Both the position numbers and the translations under genes were made by a program. Positions 40,257-51,073 of a stretch of DNA of 64,000 bases are shown in pieces. The notes below the pieces were generated by a model. The model saw only the letters and a program-made list of their open reading frames with translations, was not told the origin of the DNA and searched no databases. This DNA comes from an uncultured Pelagibacteraceae bacterium (lineage in GTDB: Bacteria; Pseudomonadota; Alphaproteobacteria; Pelagibacterales; AG-422-B15), in contig CACKBQ010000002.1 in assembly GCA_902598405.1 (NCBI GenBank), positions 1,780 through 65,779 on the forward strand. The letters are read 5' to 3'. How positions within the stretch are numbered: position 1 is the stretch's first letter; each line of letters opens with the position of its first letter.

Positions 40257-41291
40257 TTATAATGCAATTTTATTCTGCATTTCTGACAAATAATTCTTTA
40301 TTTTCTCGTTTACATTATTATCAAGCAGGGAATATATGATATCTGTTGCGTATGATACACCTTTAAACTCAGATTGCCCATGACACTTGACAACGAGTGC
40401 ATTTAATCCCATAAAAATACCACAATTATGAACCCTTGGATCAAGTCTTTCCTTTACTGACCTGAGAGATATTGAGGACAGTAAGTATCCTAACTTTGAA
40501 ATTAATGAACTACTATAAGCATTATTTAGGTGGCTTTGAAAAAGTTTGGCGGTTCCTTCTGCCGTTTTTAATGCAATATTTCCTGTGAAACCATCCGTAA
40601 CAACAACATTAGTCTTGCCAAGAGAAATGTCATTTCCTTCTATATATCCATAGTAATTAATAATATTTAATTTATCTAGCTCTCTGAGACGGTCAGAGGC
40701 ATTTTTTAATTCTTCATTTCCCTTTATTTCTTCAGTACCGATATTTAATATACCTACAGAGGGTTTTTTAATTTTTAATAATACAGCAGCTAAACTAGAG
40801 CCAAGTATTGCATTATCAACAATATATCTTGCACTTAATTTTGTATTTGCTCCTAGATCTAATACAATGGATTCTCCTTTCATATTAGGCCATATTGTAG
40901 CTATTGCTGGACGTTTTATTTCCAGCATAGTTTTGATATTTAACAGCGAGAGAGACATTAATGCTCCAGTATTACCAAACGATAAAATGGCATCAGAATT
41001 TTTTTCAGCGGTAGATTTTATTGCTAAAAACATACTTGATAAAGTTTTTGATTTTATTACTTCAGAGGGCTTATCCATCATTGAAATAGTCTCTGAACAG
41101 TCAAAAATTTCTACAGCAGACCTTAACTTTTTAAAGTTATTAAGCTTTTTAATTAACAAATTTTTTTTACCAAATAAATAAAACTTATAGTTGATATTTC
41201 TTTGCAAAGATTGTTCTAATCCTTTTAAAATTTCTTGGTCTTTGGTTTCGCTTCCCAACATATCAACAGCTAATTTATAAACTTTTTTCAA
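40257..41291 (-). CDS. plsX: Phosphate acyltransferase PlsX
   Basis: SFGNTGAL, RPAI, LDLGAN, LNIGTEEIKG, VVTDGFTGNIALKTAEG, VKCHG; TTG start uncertain. Confidence 0.9.
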   Translation of the reverse strand: MKKVYKLAVDMLGSETKDQEILKGLEQSLQRNINYKFYLFGKKNLLIKKLNNFKKLRSAVEIFDCSETISMMDKPSEVIKSKTLSSMFLAIKSTAEKNSDAILSFGNTGALMSLSLLNIKTMLEIKRPAIATIWPNMKGESIVLDLGANTKLSARYIVDNAILGSSLAAVLLKIKKPSVGILNIGTEEIKGNEELKNASDRLRELDKLNIINYYGYIEGNDISLGKTNVVVTDGFTGNIALKTAEGTAKLFQSHLNNAYSSSLISKLGYLLSSISLRSVKERLDPRVHNCGIFMGLNALVVKCHGQSEFKGVSYATDIIYSLLDNNVNEKIKNYLSEMQNKIAL

Positions 41292-41295
41292 ACTA

Positions 41296-41826
41296 TTAAT
41301 TAAATTTTGTAAATTTATAATTACAATCAATATTTTCAGACTCAGATTTTTTCTTAAAATTATGAATATTTTGAGTCATATAATTTGCAAATATACATGC
41401 GAATTCTTTTTCATTCGCATTTCCCTTATAGATATTATTTAAGATTGTCTCCTCTAGCAATGATTTATCACCCTCATTTTCCACAAACTCCATACTTTTG
41501 CTATATTGTGATAATCTGCCATAAAATGCCCTCACAAAAACTTTCATCTTCTTATTTACCGCAATATCACCAAAGCCCATTTCTCTCAGATTGTTTTCAA
41601 AGTCATTGAACATGTAATCAAATAAATTCTGAGGTATTGCTGACTTATCTATTTTTTTACTTTTATAAAAATAGAAAACCATAAATGCATGAAAAATAAT
41701 CAAATCAAATCTAGTTTCAAAACTATCATCTAAACCATACTCAATATAGAAAAACTTTGATCTCGATATTTCAACAATATTTTGATAGATTCTTTCAACT
41801 AAATAATCTTTATTTTTAAATAGCAT
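41296..41826 (-). CDS. Ubiquinol-cytochrome c chaperone (Cbp3-like)
   Basis: DSFETRFDLI..H, LREMGFGD..V.KKMK, AFYGR; start placed at ATG 41826. Confidence 0.88.
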   Translation of the reverse strand: MLFKNKDYLVERIYQNIVEISRSKFFYIEYGLDDSFETRFDLIIFHAFMVFYFYKSKKIDKSAIPQNLFDYMFNDFENNLREMGFGDIAVNKKMKVFVRAFYGRLSQYSKSMEFVENEGDKSLLEETILNNIYKGNANEKEFACIFANYMTQNIHNFKKKSESENIDCNYKFTKFN

Positions 41827-41830
41827 AGAA

Positions 41831-42265
41831 ATGTATAAATATATTAGCTTATTATTATTGTTATTTACCTTATATAGCTGCACTCCGATAAATAAGCAAC
41901 ATGGCTATTTAATTGATGATTTACTTATTTCGTCTGAAAAAATGTCAGATTTTGAGGTTAATAATACAACTAAAGATCAAATTTACAATGCCATGGGGTC
42001 ACCCTCAATAGAGATCGTTGATGTTGAGCATGTTTGGATATACTTACTCTCCTTAAAAGAAAAAAAAATATTTGAAGAAGATATCTTATTATTTCAAAAT
42101 ATATTTAGATTTGAGTTTAACGAGAATGGAATATTGGTTGAGAGATCAATCCTTACTGCTGATGATTTTAAAAAAATCGCATTTTCTACAGATAAAACAA
42201 AAGTGAGAAGGGATGCTTACGGCATAACCGATCAACTCTATGACGCGTTTACAAGAGGCCAATAA
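41831..42265 (+). CDS. bamE: Outer membrane assembly lipoprotein BamE
   Basis: Lipobox LYSC, HGY, TTKDQI..MGSPS, WIY; divergent from the Cbp3-like gene. Confidence 0.82.
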   Translation: MYKYISLLLLLFTLYSCTPINKQHGYLIDDLLISSEKMSDFEVNNTTKDQIYNAMGSPSIEIVDVEHVWIYLLSLKEKKIFEEDILLFQNIFRFEFNENGILVERSILTADDFKKIAFSTDKTKVRRDAYGITDQLYDAFTRGQ

Positions 42266-42270
42266 TAAGT

Positions 42271-44343
42271 TTATAGTGCCGCTAATAATAATAATGCAAC
42301 GATGTTTGTAATTTTAATCATCGGATTAACAGCTGGTCCCGCTGTATCTTTATAAGGGTCTCCAACGGTATCTCCCGTCACAGCGGCTTTATGAGCTTCA
42401 GACCCTTTTCCTCCAAAATTTCCATCTTCTACATATTTCTTTGCATTATCCCATGCTCCACCACCAGCTGTCATAGAAATTGCAACAAATATTCCTGTAA
42501 CAATAACTCCAAGTAACATTGCACCAACAGCAGAAACTGCTGCATTTTGGTCGGCTACAATCGAGACAATTAAAAAAAGAACTATTGGTGATAATACTGG
42601 TAACATTGACGGAATTATCATTTCTTTTATTGCTGAACGAGTTAACATGTCAACGGATCGAGAATAATCAGGTTTAGTCTCTCCAGTCATAATTCCAGGA
42701 TTATCGGCAAATTGTTTTCTGACCTCTTCAACAACAGCTCCACCTGCTCGACCTACAGCCATCATGCCCATTGATGCAAATAAGTAAGGTAATAGGCCTC
42801 CAATTAATAGACCAACGACCACGTATGGATTTTCAAGGCTAAAGTTCGGTGTTAGACTTTCTATTAACTTAAGATCCTCAACGTATGCAGCAAATAAAAC
42901 TAGAGCGCCTAATCCAGCAGAACCGATCGCATACCCTTTTGTAACTGCTTTGGTTGTATTTCCAACAGCATCTAAAGCATCAGTCGTTTTCCTGACATTT
43001 TCATCAAGATTTGACATTTCCGCTATTCCACCTGCATTATCAGTCACAGGACCATATGCATCCAGTGCGACAACCATTCCTGCAAGAGCAAGCATGGCAG
43101 TTACTGCGATCGCAATTCCAAACAATCCAGCTAGCTGAAAAGTCATTACTATTCCAATAACGATAACTAAAGCCGGAAGTGCTGTTGCCTCCATAGAAAC
43201 TGCAAGGCCTTGTATAACGTTTGTTCCATGCCCAGTCGTAGAAGCTTTAGCGACACTTTGAACTGGCCTGTAGTTTGTTCCAGTGTAATATTCAGTTATC
43301 CAAATAAGAAGTCCAGTAATAACAATTCCAATTATTGAACAAATATAGAGTGATGTTCCAGAAAAAGTGGTATCTCCAAATGTAAATTCTTTAGACATAT
43401 CACCCAATATAATTTGGGTCACAGGGTAAATAAATATGAGAGAGAGAATTGCAGAGGCAATAAACCCTTTATAAAGTGCCCCCATTATGCTTTGAGAAGA
43501 TCCTAATCTAACAAAAAAAGTGCCAATTATTGATGCAACTAAACAGCTTCCGCCTATTGCCATAGGATAAATAGTCATCATGTGAGCAATTTCACCAGAA
43601 AAAAATATTGTAGCTAGAACCATCGTCGCTACAATTGTTACGGCATAAGTCTCAAATAAATCAGCCGCCATGCCAGCGCAGTCTCCCACATTATCCCCAA
43701 CATTGTCAGCTATAACTGCAGGATTTCTAGGGTCATCTTCAGGAATACCCGCTTCAACTTTACCAACTAAATCAGCTCCAACATCTGCTCCCTTTGTAAA
43801 AATTCCACCACCAAGCCTTGCAAATATTGAAATTAATGAAGCGCCAAATCCTAGAGCAACAAGCGCATGCTTGAGTGTCTCTTCTGACACAGAGTAAGAA
43901 TCTAATATGGCATAGTATACTGATATAGATAATAAAGCCAAACCAGCAACAAGCATACCAGTAACAGCACCTGCTTTGAAAGCAACGTTTAGGCCTTTAC
44001 CTAAACTCTCACTGGCCGCCTGAGCTGTTCTAACATTAGCTCTAACAGAAATTATCATTCCAATATAGCCAGCTGCACCTGATAATATTGCGCCAATTAA
44101 ATAGCCTCCAACAACCCAAAAATCTCTAAAAAATAAATATAAAAGAACACAGATAACTGCACCTACAATAGCAATAGTTGTATATTGTCTATTTAGATAA
44201 GCTTGAGCACCGATTTGAATTGCTGATGAAATTTCTTGCATTTTTTCACTACCAGGATTTGATTTTAAAACTGAATTTCCAGCCCAAAAACCATAAATAA
44301 TTGATAGTATTCCTGAGAAAATAATTAGGTTTAATATACTCAT
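42271..44343 (-). CDS. hppA: Membrane H+-translocating pyrophosphatase, predicted K+-independent
   Basis: [32 protein letters not shown] (Lys at the K+-dependence position), [10 protein letters not shown]. Confidence 0.96.
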   Translation of the reverse strand: MSILNLIIFSGILSIIYGFWAGNSVLKSNPGSEKMQEISSAIQIGAQAYLNRQYTTIAIVGAVICVLLYLFFRDFWVVGGYLIGAILSGAAGYIGMIISVRANVRTAQAASESLGKGLNVAFKAGAVTGMLVAGLALLSISVYYAILDSYSVSEETLKHALVALGFGASLISIFARLGGGIFTKGADVGADLVGKVEAGIPEDDPRNPAVIADNVGDNVGDCAGMAADLFETYAVTIVATMVLATIFFSGEIAHMMTIYPMAIGGSCLVASIIGTFFVRLGSSQSIMGALYKGFIASAILSLIFIYPVTQIILGDMSKEFTFGDTTFSGTSLYICSIIGIVITGLLIWITEYYTGTNYRPVQSVAKASTTGHGTNVIQGLAVSMEATALPALVIVIGIVMTFQLAGLFGIAIAVTAMLALAGMVVALDAYGPVTDNAGGIAEMSNLDENVRKTTDALDAVGNTTKAVTKGYAIGSAGLGALVLFAAYVEDLKLIESLTPNFSLENPYVVVGLLIGGLLPYLFASMGMMAVGRAGGAVVEEVRKQFADNPGIMTGETKPDYSRSVDMLTRSAIKEMIIPSMLPVLSPIVLFLIVSIVADQNAAVSAVGAMLLGVIVTGIFVAISMTAGGGAWDNAKKYVEDGNFGGKGSEAHKAAVTGDTVGDPYKDTAGPAVNPMIKITNIVALLLLAAL

Positions 44344-44425
44344 ATCTTATGTCCTTAATTGTTTATTGCTGGTGGAGAAAATGCCAAAAATTACATAAAT
44401 ATGCAACTTTTATTTTATTCTAATT

Positions 44426-44848
44426 TTATCTAAGATTATCAAGTACTCCATTTAGAAGTGTAGCCTCTTTATTGCCAAAAAAATGATTCGATATCAATAA
44501 ATACTCTGAAATAACAATTTTCTTTGAAATTTCTTTTTTTACTTCAATCTCATAAATTGCACATCTAAAGATAGATAATAATAATTTATCAAATGATTGG
44601 GCTTTACTTTTAACCTTAAGTGAACTTTTTAAGATCAAATCTATTTTTTTCAGATTAAAATAAACACCCTTTAAAATTTCTTTAGTAAGTAAAAGTTTGG
44701 AATTATTTATTTTTTTTTTAAAATCGCTATTTTCAACAATGTGTAAAAGCAATTCATCAAAAGAATCATCCATGCTTCTTTTATTAATAGTAAACTCATA
44801 AAGAGCCTGAACAGCTAAAAGCCTTTGATATGATTTTATATCAGACAT
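44426..44848 (-). CDS. nusB: Transcription antitermination factor NusB
   Basis: RLLAVQALYE, VISEY, LLNGVLD; follows ribH. Confidence 0.88.
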   Translation of the reverse strand: MSDIKSYQRLLAVQALYEFTINKRSMDDSFDELLLHIVENSDFKKKINNSKLLLTKEILKGVYFNLKKIDLILKSSLKVKSKAQSFDKLLLSIFRCAIYEIEVKKEISKKIVISEYLLISNHFFGNKEATLLNGVLDNLR

Positions 44849-44854
44849 CAATTT

Positions 44855-45268
44855 TTAATTTTTTAAAACTGATATAGCTGCTAAAACTGCTTCTTTTGCT
44901 CTATTGAGTTTTTTTGAAGATCGCTCAGTTGCTTGCTTAATGCTTGAACATGTAAGAACAGTGTTGGAAACCGGAACTCTATTTTTAACAGATATTGAAA
45001 GCAGTGAATTTGTAATAGCACCTGCAATAAACTCATAATGATCTGTCTTACCTTTAATAATACAGCCCACTGCAATAACTGCATCGTATTTTTTTCTTTT
45101 TAGAAGTATCGCAATTTGAACAGGGATTTCAAGTGATCCGTTTACCCTAAATACATCGTAATTAAACTTTAGTCTTTTCAACTCAGTAATTGCTCCGTTC
45201 AGTAAACCTTCTGTAATTTTGGGATAAAAAGTCGAGGCTACTATTAAGAATTTATATTTTTTAGTCAT
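44855..45268 (-). CDS. ribH: 6,7-dimethyl-8-ribityllumazine synthase
   Basis: VNGSLEIP, GCIIKGKTDHYEFI. Confidence 0.93.
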   Translation of the reverse strand: MTKKYKFLIVASTFYPKITEGLLNGAITELKRLKFNYDVFRVNGSLEIPVQIAILLKRKKYDAVIAVGCIIKGKTDHYEFIAGAITNSLLSISVKNRVPVSNTVLTCSSIKQATERSSKKLNRAKEAVLAAISVLKN

Positions 45269-46382
45269 TTAAAGTATTTAAAAATTTAGTCTCAATAATT
45301 TCTATATCAAAAGCATCTAAACCAATAAATTTCCATTCAGTATTCGTAAGAAGTATCATTTTTTTAACTCCAATTTCTGATAAGATTTGCGCTCCCATGC
45401 CATAAATTCTAAGTTCGTCGCTAGTAGTTTGTATTTGATTGCCTGGATTTGATTGGTTTGTTATTAAATTATTAATTATGTATTTACCAGTATCTCTAAT
45501 TAAAATAATGACTCCTCTATTTTCCTTTTCAATAATCTTTATTGCTTTGTGTAATGAGGCATCATCACTTCCGTAATTACCAAATAAATTATCAAAGTAA
45601 TCTGTAACATGTACTCTGACCATAATCGGATTTCCATCGCTTACATCTCCTTTTGTTAGTACAATTTGCTCCGTACCATCATAGAGTGACTGATATATTT
45701 TGATATTAAATTTACCACCTGAGTCTAAATTTATTTCTGAGTCATAAGATTTTTTAATAAACTTATCTTTATTTCTTCTATGAGAAATTAAATCCACTAT
45801 CCTTCCTATTTTGATGCTATGTTTTTTTGAAAATTCAATAAGGTCAGGGATTCTTGCCATGGTGCCATCATCATTCATTATTTCGCAAATAACTCCTGCT
45901 GGCGTATACCCACTAAGTCTAGCTAAATCAACTGATGCTTCAGTGTGACCAGCTCTCATTAATACACCCCCGTCTCTCGCAACTAATGGAAATACATGTC
46001 CAGGGCTCATAATGTCTTTTTTTGATTTATTTTGATCAATTGCGGTTTGGATTGTTACAGCTCGGTCTTGCGCAGAAATACCCGTTGTAACACCCTCTTT
46101 TGCCTCTATGGATATTGTAAATGCAGTAGTGTCGCGTGAATCATTATTTTGTGACATCAAAGGTAAATCAAGTTCCTTTACTCTATCCTCTGTTAGCGAT
46201 AAACAAATCAAACCCCTGCCATGAGTTGCCATAAAGTTTATTGCTTTATCGTCAACTTTCGCCGCAGGAATGATCAAATCGCCCTCATTTTCACGGTCTT
46301 CATCATCAACCATAATTACCATTTTACCAAGTTTTTGGTCTTCAATTATTTCTTCAATAGACGATATAAATTCATTATTCAT
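45261..46382 (-). CDS. ribB: DHBP synthase fused to a degenerate GTP cyclohydrolase II-like domain (RibBX type)
   Basis: DDEDRENEGD, TAFTISI, PGHVFPL, RAGHTEA, CEIMNDDG; C-terminal domain lacks the Zn-binding cysteines. Confidence 0.92.
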   Translation of the reverse strand: MNNEFISSIEEIIEDQKLGKMVIMVDDEDRENEGDLIIPAAKVDDKAINFMATHGRGLICLSLTEDRVKELDLPLMSQNNDSRDTTAFTISIEAKEGVTTGISAQDRAVTIQTAIDQNKSKKDIMSPGHVFPLVARDGGVLMRAGHTEASVDLARLSGYTPAGVICEIMNDDGTMARIPDLIEFSKKHSIKIGRIVDLISHRRNKDKFIKKSYDSEINLDSGGKFNIKIYQSLYDGTEQIVLTKGDVSDGNPIMVRVHVTDYFDNLFGNYGSDDASLHKAIKIIEKENRGVIILIRDTGKYIINNLITNQSNPGNQIQTTSDELRIYGMGAQILSEIGVKKMILLTNTEWKFIGLDAFDIEIIETKFLNTLND

Positions 46383-46394
46383 AAGCAATATAGG

Positions 46395-46985
46395 TCAACG
46401 ATTTTGCGTAACATATCTTGCAAGCATATCTACTTCAAGATTTATTCTATCGCCTACTTTTAATTTATTAAGATTAGTTTTTTTCCATGTGTAAGGAATT
46501 ATATTAAGATAAATTTCGCCTTTTTTAAAATTATTGATAGTAAGAGAAATACCATTTATGGCAACAGACCCTTTTTTTGCAATAAACCTACTTAGTTTTT
46601 TAGAAATTTTGAATTTTAACTCATAGGATCCACCAATTTTCATTGATGATACTAGTGAAGCAGTATCATCTACATGTCCAAAAACAAAATGCCCACTAAT
46701 TTCATCTCCAACTCTAAGAGATTTCTCAATATTTACTAAATCGCCTATCTTTATTTGATTAAAGTTTGTACAATTTACTGTCTCATTTGAAACATCAAAG
46801 CTAAGTCTTGTTATTTTAGATAATTTTTTTTTAGATGTAACAGTTAAACATACTCCATTACAGCAAACTGAGCTTCCTTTTTTTACATCTTTAAAGTTAA
46901 GATCAGTATCAAGTACAAGCAGATAGTCTTTTAGTTTTTTATACTCTTTTACAGTTCCTATATTTTCTATTATTCCCGAAAACAT
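46395..46985 (-). CDS. ribE: Riboflavin synthase
   Basis: MFSGII, NGVCLTV, GHFVFGHVD, NGISLT, INLEVD. Confidence 0.95.
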   Translation of the reverse strand: MFSGIIENIGTVKEYKKLKDYLLVLDTDLNFKDVKKGSSVCCNGVCLTVTSKKKLSKITRLSFDVSNETVNCTNFNQIKIGDLVNIEKSLRVGDEISGHFVFGHVDDTASLVSSMKIGGSYELKFKISKKLSRFIAKKGSVAINGISLTINNFKKGEIYLNIIPYTWKKTNLNKLKVGDRINLEVDMLARYVTQNR

Positions 46986-46988
46986 GGA

Positions 46989-48074
46989 TTATTTTTTCCT
47001 GTAAATAGATAATTGGTCATTATCAATTGATTTAACACTAATTAACTTAAATTTTTTTAAATTTTCAATATTATCAACATCTAAATTTGAAATAGCGTTA
47101 ATACCTTTATTTCCCATTATTTTACTCGCCCTAAACCAAGCTATTTCGTCAATTAGATTTTCATTCAATAGAGAAGCTGATAATTTTGAGCCTCCTTCAA
47201 CCAACACTCTCATATACCCTAAATCAGATATTTTTCTAATAACATTATTGATATCTAACACTTTGTTTACTTCTTTAATTTTTATATACTTTATATTCTT
47301 TGAATTTAAAATTTTTTTCTTAATTTTATCAGAATAGAAAATATATATTTTACGGTTTTTATTGCTAAATATTTTTAAATTATGCTTTAAATCTAGTCTT
47401 CTATCTAAAACAAATATATCAGGAGATCTTTCGTTTAATCCTTCAAGCCTACAATCTAATATGGGGTTATCTTTTCTTATTGTACCAGTTCCTACAATTA
47501 AACATTCGTTTAACGATCTTAATTTATGACCAAACATTCGTGAAGTTGAATTTGTGATCCATTTACTTTCGTATAAATTTGTCGCAATCTTACCATCAGC
47601 TGTAGATGCAATTTTAAGTGTTATAAATGGCTTAAGATCTTTTATTGAATTAAAAAAGATATTATTTAATTCTTCTACTTTATTTCCGAAATTTTTAATA
47701 ATAACTTTAATACCAGCTAATCTTAACTTTTTTACTGAATTATTATTAACTAGAGGATTTTTATCAACCTGAGAGATGATCACTTTTGCAAATTTGAGTT
47801 CTATAATTTTATCAACACAAGGAGGGGTTTTGCCTTCATGCGAACATGGTTCTAGAGTGCAATACAATTGAGCACCTTTAATATCTTTTTTATTTTTTAT
47901 TTGGTTTATTGCATGAATTTCTGCGTGGGGTACACCTTTAGGCTGTGTCCAACCTCTTGACAAAATTATACCGTTGTTAACAATTACTGCTCCAACTGGA
48001 GGATTTGGATACGTTGTACCAATAGCCCTAAGAGCCATTCTTTCAGCGATTCTAAAGTAATTTTTTTCACTCAA
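46989..48074 (-). CDS. ribD: Riboflavin biosynthesis deaminase/reductase
   Basis: PNPPVGA, HAE, TLEPCSHEGKTPPC, SKWIT, LVEGG. Confidence 0.95.
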   Translation of the reverse strand: MSEKNYFRIAERMALRAIGTTYPNPPVGAVIVNNGIILSRGWTQPKGVPHAEIHAINQIKNKKDIKGAQLYCTLEPCSHEGKTPPCVDKIIELKFAKVIISQVDKNPLVNNNSVKKLRLAGIKVIIKNFGNKVEELNNIFFNSIKDLKPFITLKIASTADGKIATNLYESKWITNSTSRMFGHKLRSLNECLIVGTGTIRKDNPILDCRLEGLNERSPDIFVLDRRLDLKHNLKIFSNKNRKIYIFYSDKIKKKILNSKNIKYIKIKEVNKVLDINNVIRKISDLGYMRVLVEGGSKLSASLLNENLIDEIAWFRASKIMGNKGINAISNLDVDNIENLKKFKLISVKSIDNDQLSIYRKK

Positions 48075-48082
48075 ATGCTAAC

Positions 48083-48541
48083 CTAATCTTCAGTCGAAGA
48101 AATTACACCTAAGAACTCTTCAAAATCTTTTGCCTCACGAAAATTTTTATAGACTGATGCAAAACGAACATATGCAACAGAGTCAATGCTTTGCAAACCT
48201 TCCATAACAATTTCACCTATCACATCTGATGAAACTTCTGTTTCACCAAGACTCTCAACTCTTCTAACTATACCACTTATCATTCTATCAACTCTTTCAT
48301 TCTCAACCGGTCTTTTTCTTAGAGCTATTTGCACTGATCTTTCTAGTTTATCACGATCAAATGGGACTTTCTTTCCTGATTTTTTAAGAACAGTCAGTTC
48401 CCTCAGTTGTATGCGTTCAAATGTTGTAAAGCGTGCACCACATGCAGAGCAAAACCTTCTTCTTCTTATAGCAGAGTTGTCCTCTGTAGCTCGAGAGTCC
48501 TTGACTTGGGTATCATTATTTCCACAAAATGGACACTTCAT
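48083..48541 (-). CDS. nrdR: Transcriptional repressor NrdR
   Basis: CPFC, DSR, RRRRFC, RFTTFE, ATP cone, AYVRFASVY. Confidence 0.98.
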   Translation of the reverse strand: MKCPFCGNNDTQVKDSRATEDNSAIRRRRFCSACGARFTTFERIQLRELTVLKKSGKKVPFDRDKLERSVQIALRKRPVENERVDRMISGIVRRVESLGETEVSSDVIGEIVMEGLQSIDSVAYVRFASVYKNFREAKDFEEFLGVISSTED

Positions 48542-48549
48542 ATTGTCAC

Positions 48550-49812
48550 CTAATTATAAATTGGAAATTGATTACAGAGATTTATCACTTTCTCTTTTAC
48601 TATTTTTTCAACTTTACTATTATCATTTGGGTTTTGTTTTAATCCTGATAACGTTTCAAGAATTAAATTTCCAACAGTTTCAAATTCCTTTTCTTTAAAA
48701 CCTCTTGTTGTAGCAGCAGGAGTCCCCAATCTGATTCCAGAAGTTATTTTTGGGGGTTTAGGGTCTTTTGGTATTCCGTTTTTATTACATGTAATGTGAG
48801 CTTCCTCAAGACTTGTTGAAGCTGCATCGCCTGTCAGGTCCATTGGAGTTAAATCAACTAATATTAGATGCGTGTCTGTACCTCCAGAAACAATTTTGAG
48901 ACCACCATCTACTAGTGTTTGACTAAGAGTTTGAGCATTTTTAATAACTTGTTTTATATATTCTTTAAATTCTGGTTTTAGAGCTTCGCCAAAGGCAACA
49001 GCTTTACCTGCTATTACATGCATTAGAGGTCCACCTTGATACCCTGGGAATACAGCTGAATTAAATTTTTTGCCTAAGTCTTTATTGTTAGAAAGTATCA
49101 TGCCACCTCTAGCGCCTCTTATAGTTTTGTGAGTTGTCGAAGTAACAACATCTGCAAATTCTATAGGATTAGGATACTCTTCAGCTGCAACTAGTCCTGA
49201 AAAGTGAGCCATATCTACATGCAGATATGCTCCTACCAAGTCACAAATTTCACGAAATTTTTTGAAGTCTATAATTCTCGAGTAAGCACTTCCTCCTGCA
49301 ATTATTATTTTAGGTTTGTGTTCTTTTGCGAGCGACTCAACTTCATCATAATTTATCAACCCTTCATCATCCAATCCATACTGAACTGCATTAAACCATT
49401 TTCCTGACATGGATGGTGCTGACCCATGAGTTAAATGTCCACCAGCATCCAAGCTCATACCTAAAATTGTATCTCCTGGTTTTATTAGAGCTAACATAAC
49501 CGCGCCATTGGCCTGCGCTCCTGAATGAGGCTGCACATTAGCATATTCGCATTTATAGAGTTTTTTTAGTCTCTGAATTGCAAGGTCCTCAGCAATATCA
49601 ACAAATTCACAGCCTCCATAATAACGGGCAGCCGTATACCCTTCTGCATATTTATTAGTTAATACAGATCCTTGAGCTTCTAATACGGCTTTTGAAACTA
49701 TATTTTCTGATGCAATTAACTCAATTTGATTTTGTTGTCTTGAAAGTTCTTTGTTTATTGCTTCATGAATTTCGTTATCGATTTCTTGAAGTGGAGATGA
49801 AAAAAAAGTCAT
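48550..49812 (-). CDS. glyA: Serine hydroxymethyltransferase
   Basis: [34 protein letters not shown]. Confidence 0.98.
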   Translation of the reverse strand: MTFFSSPLQEIDNEIHEAINKELSRQQNQIELIASENIVSKAVLEAQGSVLTNKYAEGYTAARYYGGCEFVDIAEDLAIQRLKKLYKCEYANVQPHSGAQANGAVMLALIKPGDTILGMSLDAGGHLTHGSAPSMSGKWFNAVQYGLDDEGLINYDEVESLAKEHKPKIIIAGGSAYSRIIDFKKFREICDLVGAYLHVDMAHFSGLVAAEEYPNPIEFADVVTSTTHKTIRGARGGMILSNNKDLGKKFNSAVFPGYQGGPLMHVIAGKAVAFGEALKPEFKEYIKQVIKNAQTLSQTLVDGGLKIVSGGTDTHLILVDLTPMDLTGDAASTSLEEAHITCNKNGIPKDPKPPKITSGIRLGTPAATTRGFKEKEFETVGNLILETLSGLKQNPNDNSKVEKIVKEKVINLCNQFPIYN

Positions 49813-49816
49813 ATAA

Positions 49817-50254
49817 TTATCCTATTTTATTTATTCTAACAGCGTGTCGGCTGCCTTCAAAGTCCGTATTTAAGAATGTTTCAACTAAACTTAAGGCTGT
49901 AGCTTCATCTATAACACGGGCGCCTAAAGTCAAAATATTTGCATCATTATGCTCCCTAGCTAATTTTGTAACCTCACTGCTATAGCAAAGAGCAGCTCTA
50001 ATCCCAGGTTTTTTATTTGCTGCCATTGCCATCCCTTGGCCAGTTCCACAAACTAATACACCCTTATGGGCTTTTTCATTTAAAATATCATTTGTAACTC
50101 TTGAAGCGTAGTCAGGATAATCTACTGGATCTTTTTTATCTGGTCCTCTATCAATAACATCAACTCCACAATCTAAAAGGCGTTTAATTATTTGATCTTT
50201 TAGATCAAAACCTGCGTGGTCTGAAGCAATAGATACTGTAGTTTGTTCACTCAT
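49817..50254 (-). CDS. rpiB: Ribose-5-phosphate isomerase B
   Basis: SDHAG, VDYPD, CGTGQG, ANK, REHNDAN. Confidence 0.96.
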   Translation of the reverse strand: MSEQTTVSIASDHAGFDLKDQIIKRLLDCGVDVIDRGPDKKDPVDYPDYASRVTNDILNEKAHKGVLVCGTGQGMAMAANKKPGIRAALCYSSEVTKLAREHNDANILTLGARVIDEATALSLVETFLNTDFEGSRHAVRINKIG

Positions 50255-50309
50255 ATAGGATATTATTAAACTAATTATACTAAATCTTGTATATAAAAAA
50301 ATACAATAA

Positions 50310-51059
50310 TTAATTCCAAAGAGACTTTTTTTGTAAGACTTTTTTTAAAGTTGTCGGTTTATCTGTCATTATACCGTCAACATTTATATTTATTAGATCT
50401 ATCATCTGGTTTTCATCATTAATTGTCCAGACATGTATTTTTTTTCCAAGACTATGAACATGCTCGACTAGATCACTAGTAACAATTCTAAAGCCCATAT
50501 ATGTCATAGGTATTTGAAGACATGGAATGCTATTATCATAGATAGAAAAAAATCTATTAAGAAAAAATAATATGGTCTCACTCTTAGTCATGGATGAACA
50601 TAGATTATCTTTAAACTCATTTCTCAAAATATCTATCTTAGTATTACTAAATGAACCAATACATATCCTGTCAATATTTTTCATACATTTTAATTTATCT
50701 TTCAATAAGTATGCGGACTCTAAACTTTTGGGTTCAATATTAAAATTTATCTCAGGCCAAGAAGATAAGGCCTCGTCAAGTAATGGAATTGTATGTGTCT
50801 CAAATATTTTTATATTTTTTAACTCTTCATAATTTAAATTTTCTATTTTTACATCAAGGCCAAGAATTCTTTTTAAATCTGGATCATGAAATATTATTAA
50901 CTTATTATCTTTTGTATGCCTCACATCTGTTTCGATGTGCCGATATCCTAAATTAATTGAATTATTGAATGCATCTAAAGTATTTTCACAAAAATCATAG
51001 GAACCGCCACGATGTGCGAATGGAATAAAATTATAATTGTCTAAAAATTTAAAAGACAT
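50310..51059 (-). CDS. Glycerophosphodiester phosphodiesterase
   Basis: AHRGG, ENT, IETDV, HD, WTIND, DGIMTDKP. Confidence 0.92.
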   Translation of the reverse strand: MSFKFLDNYNFIPFAHRGGSYDFCENTLDAFNNSINLGYRHIETDVRHTKDNKLIIFHDPDLKRILGLDVKIENLNYEELKNIKIFETHTIPLLDEALSSWPEINFNIEPKSLESAYLLKDKLKCMKNIDRICIGSFSNTKIDILRNEFKDNLCSSMTKSETILFFLNRFFSIYDNSIPCLQIPMTYMGFRIVTSDLVEHVHSLGKKIHVWTINDENQMIDLININVDGIMTDKPTTLKKVLQKKSLWN

Positions 51060-51073
51060 ATATATACTAAATT

